Below are positions 1 through 11,700 of a DNA stretch of 64,000 nt, piece by piece. The position numbers and the translations under genes were made by a program. The stretch covers positions 33,356,001 to 33,420,000 of the forward strand of contig NC_135765.1 of the NCBI RefSeq assembly GCF_052425735.1, read 5' to 3'. A model generated the notes under the pieces. The model was given only the letters and a program-made list of their open reading frames with translations, did not search any database and had not been told where the DNA came from. This DNA is from Oculina patagonica. Lineage: Eukaryota. The first letter of the stretch is position 1. Every line of letters begins with the position of its first letter.

Positions 1-52
1 ACGTGAAACATTTTGTGGGGACTCAAAACGAAAGCTTCCCTACTCCTTCCCT

Positions 53-272
53 NNNNNNNNNNNNNNNNNNNNNNNNNNNNNNNNNNNNNNNNNNNNNNNN
101 NNNNNNNNNNNNNNNNNNNNNNNNNNNNNNNNNNNNNNNNNNNNNNNNNNNNNNNNNNNNNNNNNNNNNNNNNNNNNNNNNNNNNNNNNNNNNNNNNNNN
201 NNNNNNNNNNNNNNNNNNNNNNNNNNNNNNNNNNNNNNNNNNNNNNNNNNNNNNNNNNNNNNNNNNNNNNNN
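53..272. other. Assembly gap
   Basis: N run. Confidence 1.
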
Positions 273-3200
273 CTGGCACAGATAGGAAAAGCTGTGCTTG
301 GAGTACAATACTATTGATATTCCGTTAGCGGCTTACTACATGGTGAGTGTCCTTTTTCCTAGCCTATTTTCGGTTCTAAATTTTTAAAATTAATTTTTTT
401 CTATGACAAGAAGTCGTTATCAATGGATTGAAAAAGTGAAATATTCTATTTTTATTTACGATTTTAAGTCAATATATATTCAAATTTCCTTAACGATATT
501 TAACCAGTATTCAATATCCATTATTCCACTTCAACTACCCCGAATCAATTTCATGCTCGCTCCGGGTTAGTTATGAGTCAGATTGTGTGAACAACAAAAA
601 TTACTAGCAGCTTTTAATGTGCGTTTTCCCTGCTATTGATTACATCTGATCCGTCTATAACTAATTTGACGAATGCACAGCTACCTTAGAGTTATAACAA
701 TTATAATGTTATGACGGATTTACTGAAATGACGGTGGCATTATAAAAAAAACATTGCATACATTTGTAACTAATTCACATTTTGGCTGGAACATATTGAT
801 CGATTGGGCACGTAGCTTTTGATTTTAATAATCGATGTAGCAGCTAGATTAACAGAATTTAAAAATAAAAATAACCAGATTATAAACTTTTGTATATTGA
901 CTTGATATACAGAATTAATAAACGGATTCTGAGGCCGAATATATACAGAATTAACTATATATCATTTCGACATTGGAGTTGTTTGGGTTTGCCTCGATCA
1001 GTCGATCAACACCCGAGTAAGGGCTTTGAGTTTCACGAAAAATGAAAGAAATTAAGCCAAGTGTACACTAAGCAGTTGAAACCTACCGAAAAAAGGAAGG
1101 ATTCTCTCTTGTTTTCCTTCATGAGAGCTTGATCTTTCGAGACAACGCTGTTATTAGCTGCGACATTCATCAAAGGCGGTGTCTTTAGCCCACCTTCACA
1201 TCCGTGTTTGCTATTGCGTTGCCCACAACTTTCATTAGCTTTTTTTATTTACGAAGTCATCTATAAACAGATTTGTGTTAGCTGTCAGCATAGGCCGTCT
1301 GAAACCGCCTTTAAATTAGAAGCGAAAGGGAATACATTTAATTCCCTGCCGACTTCTGTGTTTCATTAAAAAGTTGCTTAAACCCGGCGCCCAGTTCTTG
1401 CTGTGCGACAAATTTTCGTTCAAAGTAAACGTAGATAATTGTGTTCTTAAAAGAAAACTTTAACTTTTTCTTTTAGGAGAGTTAAATCATCTAAGAAGGC
1501 CGATAAAAGAAGAAATATATTAAGGAAGTTGAATTGCGAACATGTCATCTGCTCATGCGAGGATGTTTTAAAACCCTGCTGATATCAAATTTATTAGCTG
1601 GAAGTTTTCCTGCTAAGTTATGGCTATGAGCACAAAATTGTTTATGCTAATTTAAATGGGTTCCATATTCCTGTGTAAACAACTTAGGTAAAATAGCCCG
1701 TCGAAAAACTTGGTAGGTCCCGAACCTAAAAATCGACTCTGCGAGAATATAATTTTTCAGCACGCAAGTTTTTTAATTAAGCTGTGAAAAGAGAAATACC
1801 TAGCTTAAACGCTAACCGTTAACTAAAAAACGCTCAGAGCCGAAGGAAGAGTGAAAAAATTAAATGTTAAACTAATCAAAACTGCTTCAGACCCCATGAA
1901 ATTCCGAGGAACTTACCATATATTGAACAAAATTTCCACTTTTGTTTAAGCCTTGGCAAGATTGAAAAATTAATGTAATATTCCCAAGAACTTCGATACT
2001 TTAAATTAAATTTCCACTTTTAATTTTATTAAAATGAGACCTTGGGAAAGGGAAAAAAATATTAGAATCGATAAACATTTTAATATGCGCGTTGAGTCTG
2101 TGGTTTCGTTCAGACAGTTGACTTAGCTAGTTGTAGCAATGTGTTTTTACTATAACCTAAGATTGTAGTTTCCTTTTTCTTGACAGACAAAGCTTTTTTA
2201 TTGACATTTTAATGTTGAAGCGATTATCAATTTCCATATCAAAGAGAGCGCGCTCAAGGGATAAAACCTAAAATGAAAGATGTCATGAATGCAAGAGTTT
2301 TTCAGGGAGGGATTAACATCCTGAAAAGGAAATATTATTTTCCTAATATCCCTTATCAACTAAATGGGAATTCAAATAAATTACCTGGACTGGACTATTA
2401 AAAACTTGGATGGTAGAACAAACTCAAGTAAAAACAAGAACTTTTATATTTTATAACAAATTCCTAGCTTGTAGTTATAGGTTAATCTTTTATCTTTCTC
2501 ATCGTTAATCCTTTGTAGCAGTAAAAATAGTAAAGTAGCTCTCCTCAATTTTGTTTAAAATTAAAAAAATTCAACCTTTTGCTACAATAAACCTTGCCTC
2601 TTTTAATTCCCTAGTCCGTTTTGAAAGTCCAGTCCGGGTTTCAGAGAGTCCTCGCGGTTTTGCTGTCTTCTAAAGAACATTGGTCAACATTCGGTGTGAA
2701 TCAAAAACGTGAATATCTCGTCAAATAAACAGAATGAAAAACAGTCAGTGGCGAGTTAGAAGAATGAAAAGATAATTTTGAAGTGGGCCAGTTTGAAGGT
2801 TTTCATTCTATAGGTTAAAAAAACAGAGTAACAAAATACACAATTCATCTTACCCAATTGTTAATCCTATCCGCCTAGCTTACGTTTTCCTTTATCTTTT
2901 GTTTTACTTGAATCCTCACTGGCAAATGTTTTGTTTACACAAAATGATAAATTCCCGCCCCGGGAGGGAAAATGAAATTATATGCCTTTTGAAATTATGC
3001 CATTAACTACAGGCCAATTTTAGATCAGACTGCCGTACTGTGCAAACAGTATAGAATGCCAGAATTACTTAGAGTCTAGAATTAAAAACGATTTCAGCTT
3101 AATTGTTTCACTTTTAATATCCTGTCTGTGTGCAAAAAAACAGGTATATTTAATTTGATTTTATTTGACTTAACAGTTAAAGCCTCTCTTTAGAGATACT

Positions 3201-3391
3201 GACATTTCACTTGCAAAGCTTGAGAAAAGAAAATTTGTGTGTTATTTAGCTTTAAGGCCCGAGAGGGGGGGGGGGGGGGTACTCTATATTGTGGACTTCA
3301 CGTTGCTTAAACGTTTGTAAAAGTTTCAATAAACATTCCTGTAACAACTGAACTTCAGCAAATTTAAAACTTTCTGTTTCAACAGTATAAG

Positions 3392-3802
3392 TACAGTAGT
3401 ACCCAGGTACCTCGAACTATGAAGGAAAACGAAAAACATGCAGTTCGAGTAAGCGGGCTTTCGGGTTACGGGGTCGATTGAATATTTAATTTGCCAAGTT
3501 AATAATTGATAGTTGACTAATTTTTCAGCACTTCAGTATACAGTATAGTGCAAATTGAACTTATCTCGTCAGAAACTCTAACACGACCATACATTCTTAT
3601 GATAAGAGTGGAAAACGGACTGTCCAATACGTGATCTGTACGTTCGTTGCTCTAATCAATGGGCATCCGTGGCGAGTTGCAAGAACTGGAATTCGAGTAT
3701 CGGGGTAAATTTGACCTAAATTTTGATCAGGGGAAACGATTTGAAATTTTGTTCGAGTTAGCAGGATCATGTTCGAGTTCAAGTTACCGGGGTTCTAATG
3801 TA
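3392..3802. mobile_element. Degenerate TA-flanked MITE
   Basis: tacagtagtacccaggtacctcgaact ... agttcaagttaccggggttctaatgta; internal ttcgagtt repeats. Confidence 0.5.
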
Positions 3803-4176
3803 TCTATTTGACTTTTAGGACCCGGAACATTTTCTGACCTTTTTTGTGCAGTTAAAATATTATGTAAAAGTAAAAGTAAAACAGAAAAAAAACTGTTTTT
3901 TTTTTAATTTCTTCTTTTATGTCATAACGTCTGTTTACAAGCCTTAACTCTTTCGAACTCTTGATCCAAGCGTGTGTGATTTCTTACATGTAATTGCTAC
4001 CTCTATTAATATCACTTCAGTCTGACAAAGAAATTGTGAAGCAATAGCATGAAAACAGCATAACAAATAAATTTCGGACTCACATAAACTTCAGGAACCT
4101 AGCCCCAACGATTCAGCTTTACACATAATAATGTACTCCCACAAGTTAAATACAAACGAAGTTAAAATATTATTAA

Positions 4177-4767
4177 CCCTCGGACGTACAAGGGGGGGGG
4201 GGGGGTGGATGCCACCCCCCCCCGTAAGGTTTTTTCCAAATTTTGAAAAAAGCATTTACCATACATTGCTGAAACTTTCGGTAGCTGTTCATTCATCTTT
4301 TGCGGAAATTTTGATATGTCAACCATATGTCCATGGTATATGACGTTGCCACGGCAACGTCATAAATACAAGCAGGTCTTGCCAAAAATCGTCATTTTTA
4401 ACATTTTTCTTGATTTTTTCCAGTTTTTTAAAACAGAAGTGCAAGATTTGTTTATTTTTACATTCCATAAGCATTCTAGCTTGATTTTACATCAATTTCC
4501 GTTATTTTGTGACTTTTTAAGAAAATGTTGAAATCCAAGATGGCGGATCCAAGATGGCGGCTCTTATGACGTCACGTGACGTCATATGACGTCACAGCCA
4601 ATTAAAATTATGTCATCTTGTAGAGTAAGCTTAGGGCTTTCTTCTCAGAGCAAAATAATTTCGCTACGCCTTAATATAACGAAAACTCCGGGGAGGGGTT
4701 CCATCCCACCCCCCCCCCCCCCCCTTGTACGACGATGGGGGTATGAGTTTGCTTGTACGTCCGAGGG
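4177..4767. mobile_element. piggyBac-like MITE
   Basis: ttaa|ccctcggacgtacaag ... cttgtacgtccgaggg|ttaa. Confidence 0.8.
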
Positions 4768-4913
4768 TTAAGAAATTATTTAACAACCTACATCAACTAA
4801 TTGTAGGAGGTAGGAAAAAAATACATAACATACGCGAAACATACGCAAGATGCATACTTGGAGTGCAGTTTGTTAATTGTCATGTTTCTCATGAAAAGTT
4901 TTCTCGGACAGTT

Positions 4914-7176
4914 TTATCCGGGGGCTGTCAAAGCTTGACGAGAAGGCCCAGCAAGGGCGAAAAAACCACCAATGAAAGAACCAATAGAACGAACAACGGA
5001 CGTGAAGCCATCCCACATGTAGCGGAGGAAAGGTTTACGGACATTACGGCCATAAATACGACCATCTTCTTCTTCTGCGAAGAAAAATTCCCAGTCACCA
5101 TTTCCCGCCCGAATGAGGAACTCTTGTCCAGGCTGCGACAAGATAAAGGCAGCATTGCGCATGTCACCACCATCATTCTGTGCATCAGGGATGAAGGAAA
5201 TGGCTGTACGCAGAAATCGCAGAGTTGTGTAGCCTGTTTCGTCTAGGTACGGATGCTGCCCTTCGTTTCCGCATCTTCTTATAAGTTCTCTTCCCAGAAC
5301 TGGAGCAGTGATTTCGCGCACGTAAATTTTTACGTCATTCGAGTAATGCTGAAAGAGAAGGAGAGAAATAAATGTTTGAAGCGTTATGCATGACTGGCGA
5401 AAACTTAAATATGTATTCTTTGAAGAACTAGGGTAATGTCGGCATAAATGCCCTGCTTATTTTTTAAGTACCTTTCCATTAGACTTCCGGCAAAAATTTC
5501 CGAAAAATTGGATAATATAGAAAGCACCCTAGGGACGGTTCATTTTTTATGAGATAGGGGGAGCTGGTAGGATTTGAGGGGGGGCTATCCCCAAAATATT
5601 GGCTTCAAAGGGGGGGTCAGCCAAAAAAATATGGACTGTAAGGGGGGGTCACTAGAAATAATTATACTTTTAAGTGTTGTAAATAGGCTTCTGTAAGAGT
5701 AAAAATGCTTGCCAGAATGCCCAAAATAACATTCCTGAGGTTCTGAAAATTCAAATTTTCCCGGGGGATCATACCCCCGGACCCCCCTACTTTGTTATGT
5801 ACCAAAACTTAACCCAACAGCTTATTGGTTACAAATGCAGACAACCCATACCAACAGATGGCATCCACAATAAACAGTTAAGGCAATGCCAGCTATTTGG
5901 GGTTGTGATTTTTTTACACTGATACATTCTTTAGTCACAAGGCTCGATATATTTTAATTTCACTTGAGTATTGTTTTTTTTTTGTTGTTGTTGTTGTTTT
6001 TTTTGGGGGGGGGGTCATCGAAAAAATTTGGATTTTGAGGGGGGGGGGGCCAGGTAAAAATTGTCGTTGAAAAAGGGGGGGCCATTATATATAACAGTGA
6101 CTATCTATCAAATCCCACCAGCCCCCCCCCCCTATCCCATAAAAACTGAACGGTCCCCTAGGAGTAGAGGCCTTATCACGGTTTTCGACGCCATCTCGAC
6201 GGGTAGGCAACGCGGTTAAAAATTACAGTGTTTGTATGGGAATCCGACGGCAAATATCTTTTACAAAAATTAAATTCTGGAAAACTTATAAACTGTAAAG
6301 TTAAAAAAAGGCAAAAGCTTTTATTCACTAAGTTTTAAGGATGTAGCTGGGCTAGAAAGCGCTCGGTTACGTTTTTAATTTCCCATACATTTGTCTATAT
6401 TTTTTCCGCAAATTGACATCTTTCGCGGGAAAAAAACGTAACTAAACGCTTTCACATCCTTGGCCAAACTTGGTGAATAAAAACGTTTGCCTAGTATCTT
6501 AACTTTACAATTCATAAGTTGTCCAAAATTCAATTTTTGTAAAAGATATTTGCCGTCGGATTCTCATACAAACACTGTAACCTCTAACCACGTGGCCTAC
6601 CCGTCAAGATGGCGTCGAAGACCGTGATAAGGCCTATTGCTTTAGGCACACTGGACGGGATTCTAGTCATAGCCGAACTCGTTAGTTTAGCTTTACAGTT
6701 AGCTGTTAGCTTAACAGTACGTCGGTATCCCGGTTGAAAAGAGGCACTATGTGAAAAGTGTCTTGCTCCTGAACACAACACAATGATCCCGGCCAGCAGG
6801 CTGTCTATTCGGGCGCAACGTGAATCTCTCTTTGAGCGCCGAAGGCGCGATCTGTGAAGACGCGAGTTTTGGCGAACAAAGTGAGCCGCTGGGCGAGCGA
6901 ATAGAGAGCAGAGAGAGCCTGCTCGCAGACAAGGACCGCTCGATCCGGAGTCTGAAAAGACTACCGTAGGCCTGACCGTAAAAATATAAAATTATATACT
7001 GTTCCTTCAAAACCCTGGGAGCAATTTTGCATGGCTAGGCAAAAATACCGAAAATATTACGTTCTTTACAGCGGCTATTGTCATACCTTTGCCGTTCTTC
7101 CTCTTCCCAGAAAGCCTGAAGATGTCGGTGGCCTCTCTCGCGTGGGACGATAATCTGTTGACCCAAAATTTCCCAT
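4914..7176 (-). CDS. Uncharacterised 174-aa protein, copy A, with predicted N-myristoylation and C-terminal amphipathic helix; exons 7176-7087 and 5348-4914
   Basis: Exon 1 encodes MGNFGSTDYRPTRERPPTSSGFLGRGRTAK and ends at AAG|gtatga. The acceptor cttctctttcag joins in phase 0 to HYSNDVKIYVREITAPVLGRELIRRCG...GPSRQALTAPG*. Two paralogs in the window have the same exon structure, with synonymous changes in the core. Confidence 0.88.
5530..6160. mobile_element. MITE in the intron of copy A
   Basis: TIR tagggacggttcattttttatgagataggggg / ccccctatcccataaaaactgaacggtccccta. Confidence 0.7.
6168..6635. mobile_element. Long-TIR MITE in the intron of copy A
   Basis: aggccttatcacgg ... ccgtgataaggcct with inverted arms longer than 100 bp. 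Confidence 0.75.
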
Positions 7177-7367
7177 CTCCGAAAATGCTTTATAGTGCGA
7201 TCAATTGCAACTGGCAAAAAAAGCGTTTTATCTAGTCAGTTGTCTAGTATTCAGCGACTTAACGGGCGATATGTTTTCAACCTCTCCTATCTGTGCCGAG
7301 TTTGAAATGGCATCTTCGACTCTCGGTCACTAATTTTAATATCTTATGCTAATTGCAGTGTTGTCTA

Positions 7368-7825
7368 CTTTCAGTTTTTTTAGGGTTTTTCCCCGACTTC
7401 TCCTGTCATCAATAAACAATGCCCCCTTCAATTTTTGGGATTTTTCCCCATCTTTTATTTCGCAAATTATGGGATCTTGACGAGTGTCAGTACATGTCGA
7501 ATTTGTTTCAAATGAAATTTACCCAATTCATAAACAGAACATGCAAAATGGAGTTAGAATTTGCTAGAAACGATACACTGCTAGAAACGGTCACTGATCT
7601 TTAATATGGTAATCGAGTGTTGTTTACAGTTCATTTTCTTACGGTTTTTTCCCGACTTCTGCTGTCATCAATAAACAATGTCCATTCAAGTTTTGGTTTT
7701 TCCCCCATCTTTTATTTCCCAAATATGGGGATGATTCAGTACATGTCGAATTTGTTTCAAATGAATTCAACCGATTCATAAACAGAACATGCAAAGTTTA
7801 GTTTAGAACTTGCTAGAAACGAAAC
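7368..7825. promoter_or_regulatory. Proximal promoter of copy A: ISRE-like ACTTTCAGTTT and NF-kB-like sites in a ~190-bp module present twice
   Basis: GGGTTTTTCCCC at 7383-7394 and GGGATTTTTCCCC at 7437-7449; the block ~7380-7575 recurs at ~7640-7825. Confidence 0.5.
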
Positions 7826-8079
7826 ATTCAAAAGTTTTACCATTGAGATTTTTTAGTGTATTATTAAATTATTATTGCAAAGAAGGCTGAATTACTGAAT
7901 TGTAGTACGATTTGTTTGCTTGTTTTATTTGACTCGAAAGACTCTAGCCTTAGCACTAACGTCTCCTATATTAATATAGCTATTTCTATTGTCGCACACG
8001 TGTCTGTTTTCCTCGTGAGGAAATAAGAGGTCAAATAGCAGACAGTCACACGCAGGCTGTAAAAAGGACCAGAAAGGCT

Positions 8080-8111
8080 CGAAACTGAAAGTGATTATAC
8101 TTTCGGTTTCG
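8080..8111. promoter_or_regulatory. Inverted pair of IRF/ISRE-like sites upstream of copy A
   Basis: cGAAACTGAAAGTgattatACTTTCGGTTTCg: two matches to GAAANNGAAAGT about 0.9 kb upstream of the copy A ATG. Confidence 0.6.
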
Positions 8112-8705
8112 CATCCAATATATTGGCGCCAATCGATTAGTCAGTTCTGACTCGACAGCTATTTACCGGTAATTAAAAATTGTGTTCACTCTATTCTGTC
8201 TAGATTTCAAAAGTATCAATAGTTTGACCGCTCACGCGCAGGGAAAAAACCCTTGCTGTATGAACGATTCATCGTGTATGACAACGCAGGCACTAATCTG
8301 CTAAGATGAAATCGTAGCGTTTCTCTTATTAGCGACATCAGTCAAACGAAAAAAAAACAACCAAAAACACTGTCAAACAATCCAATTCTCATTTCGGTTC
8401 ATTTAGTATTAAAGGCAATTCTTTTGAAATCCGTAACGATACAATTTCAATTTAGCTAATATTTTGTATTGAGTCGTTAGGAAAAAGCAACCTTTTGTAT
8501 GAAACCTGTCTTTGAGCCCGCGATTCTCGCAACATTGAACGTGACGTCACCTTGTGACGACAATCAGACATAAAACACTTCGTACGATCGTGGGTGTTCG
8601 TGCAATTGTTTGATGGGCTAACGCCAGCGACCGCCAGCCAGAACGTCTTCGCTTTTTTCCGACGAGGATTTGTGAACCATCACCAGTGCTTGTCTACTAC
8701 AAAGA

Positions 8706-11700
8706 TCAAGACGCTATTTTTGGTTCCTTGCCAGCAAATTCCAGTAAACGTTCTCCAGTAAGGCGATACAACTGCCACTCGTCCAGACACACTGCTCCAA
8801 GCTTCTCATAGAAATCCTTGGCTGTTTTATTCCAATTTAAACAATTCCAGTCAACTCTGACACAACCTTTCTCCACAGCTATCTGGAATTATAAAGTAAA
8901 ATTCAATTTAATGTGAATAAGAGGGGTGGACGCTTATGGCTAGTTGCATTCGTCCCCACTCCTTTCTCTTCTCTCCCTCTCCCATCTCAACACTACGTAT
9001 ACTATCTGTCAATAGGCCATTTTACAGTTGTCTGCTCAGTAACCTGGCCTTTGAATGGAAGTGAGGCTGAAGGTGACCTTGTTTTGATACAGACCTCACT
9101 GCTTTTGTTGTGTTAATCGTGTTGTTCTGATGCTAACTAGTTTTCATTTACATGATAAAGCAGACAGGTTTGTATCAATGCAAGGTCACCTCCAGCCTCA
9201 CTACCATTTAAAGGCCAGGCCACTTGGCAGCCAACTGTAAAATGGACTATTACAGGAGAGTAAGAGAACATGTGAAGCAATAATGTTAAATCTTCAAATC
9301 TGAAAAAATAAAGCCAATCATTTTCCCTGCATGACGGTCACCATGAATGGGGTGTAAGAAGGGGGGTGGGAAGGGGAAAAGAAGGGGGGAGGGGAGGGGT
9401 CAGAGAGGACGAGGATGAGAGGAAGGAAGATTGTAATATATTCTCTGTGCCAGTTAAAGGGAACCTCTGTTGTTTAGGCAAGTTGACGTTGAGTTGTTTG
9501 AAATAATGCCTAAACTACAAATTTTACAGGACAGGGGAGAAGCAGCATTTAATAACAACCGTAAACGGAAAAGATTATGGCTTTTAAATTTCCCGCTCGG
9601 CGCCATTTTGGAATTAATTTTATGACGTCAGTGCGTTGCCCAATTGTTTCACACAAAAGAACCTCTGCTTTCTAATAAAAGCGGCAACGCAGTGACGTCA
9701 TAAAATTCAAAATGGCGGCGCGAAGGAAATTTAAAAGCACAAAAATTGACAAATCCAGTATTCTAATGAAAAAAGGAATCCGCGACTTTAAACAACCAAA
9801 ACGATTTTAGACTGTGGTAAACTTATTATTTTGACCAGAACTGTTTTACAGTCGAGGTTCCCTTTAAATAATTGATGGAAGGCTCACTAGAAAAAGGTGA
9901 GGCCAGTTTTGATATCAACATGAAGTGACAAGGATAGGAGCCCATAGGCTCCTAGGGGTATTGCTGCTTTCCCAATGAATTTAATGATTATACTACAGTG
10001 CCTATATAGCATGACTTGGGTCACCATGCAATACTGAACTCTTGAAGCAAAGTGGAAAAAAGAGATTGGCAACTGCAAACTAAATAACATTCTCATTCTC
10101 ATTTTTTTTGACTTAATATATCAACAACTAGCGTGGATAACTTTGTTTGTCTTACATGACACCATGCATTTCACCACCAGTATGTAAGACCCGATCAAGC
10201 TACATATAAATTCATCATTGTTTTTACATACAACAAGGAATCTGTAAAAATTAAAGGACTTTACAGGTCTAAAAAAGTCTCAACCTACCGACGAGACTCG
10301 TCTTAACATCTCTGTGCCAATACCTTTTCCTGTTAAAAATTGAAAATAAAATTAATTAATATAAATGGATGAACAAAAACAAACAAACATTCCAAATGCT
10401 TGAAAATTCAGCATGAATTGGAGCACAATAAGAAATTATTAATTTCTGACAAATTATTAAAAAACTGATCTTTTATAATGCAACGACAACAAGCACTCTC
10501 AAAGGAAGTGTCTCCAAAAAAAAAATGAAAACTAAGCATTTCAAAGGTACAGATAAATTTCAGTATTTTTGTTGGACATCCCCCTTTATGACACTTTAAG
10601 ACTTATGCCTAAGTTGGTGTATGAGAGGTACGGTGGCCTATTAGTGGTTAGGGCACTGGACTCATGATCAAACATTCTGAGTTCAAGCCCTGCTGGGGTC
10701 ATTGTGTTACAAGTGTTCTTGGGCAAGACACTTTACTCTCATCGTGCCTCTGTCCACCTAGCCTGGGTACACACACGTATTTTTGGCTGTTGTTTCCTTT
10801 TGCCGAAAAATAACTATTTTTCAGTGGAGAGAAATGAGGGTCAGAAATACGTCTGTGTTCGCAGGCTACTGTCCACCCAGGTGTACAATTAAATGGGTTA
10901 ATAACCAGAAAATTTAATGTGGGTAACCCTGTGATGGACTAGCATCCCAAACAGGAGGGAGTACAGTAGAAATAGCCCTAGTCACTTCATGCTATTGAAA
11001 ATGGGATAGTTTCCGGCCTGATGGGCCACTAGGGTCAAACACAGACTGTACCTTTTTACCTTAGTTGGTGTAACTCTTTTTTAGACCAGCTCTGAGTGGG
11101 GGTGGGGTGGGGGGGGGGGATATCAGAAGATCATCACTATTAGGTGTATTTTAAATAAAAGGAGTCAGCTGAGAAGCAGTTGAATATTGTTAAGTGACCA
11201 TTGTCTTCTAAAGTGTTTTAACTTCTTTTGTTGCCAATAATCGCAGATATGCACCTGCTCAGGGGATAAAAATGCTTAAACAGGCAACAACAACCTGATA
11301 CTGATGTAGAGTGCTTATTATTACAGTTGTATACATAACACATTAATCAACTAAGTTCTGTATCAACTTCTGAGAGTTATTAAAAAGGTTAAAATAATGT
11401 CAATTACAAAATAATACAAAATAGGTTCTGTTGTTTACACTGTACCTCTACATGTTGGGTCAACATAAAGGTCTTCCAGATATAGAGACCGCCCCTCCCA
11501 CGTGGAATAGATGTAAAAAAATAATGCATAACCAACTGCCTTTCTCTTTGGTAAACAATGATTTTCCTCAGGGGAGTGAAGCTCTTCTGCTATCAGACTT
11601 CCAAACCACGGCTTCTCCTCTCCGAACCCATCTCTCAGCATTTCTGCAAGATACCATAATGATAAGAATTGATTTAACACCCTCCTTCCAATAAGAGGCA

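Noticed and set aside
3-317. ORFs spanning N gaps (also 22079-22673 and 54611-55189)
   Set aside because: Artefacts of translating N runs.
273-349. Possible exon ending ATG|gtgagt at the contig edge
   Set aside because: Stops occur in all three frames before it and I found no downstream exon; it could be a UTR exon but I cannot support it.
4725-5246. 173-aa plus-strand ORF antisense to exon 2 of copy A
   Set aside because: Starts inside a MITE and is not kept as an equivalent ORF in copies B and C; a shadow of the real exon.
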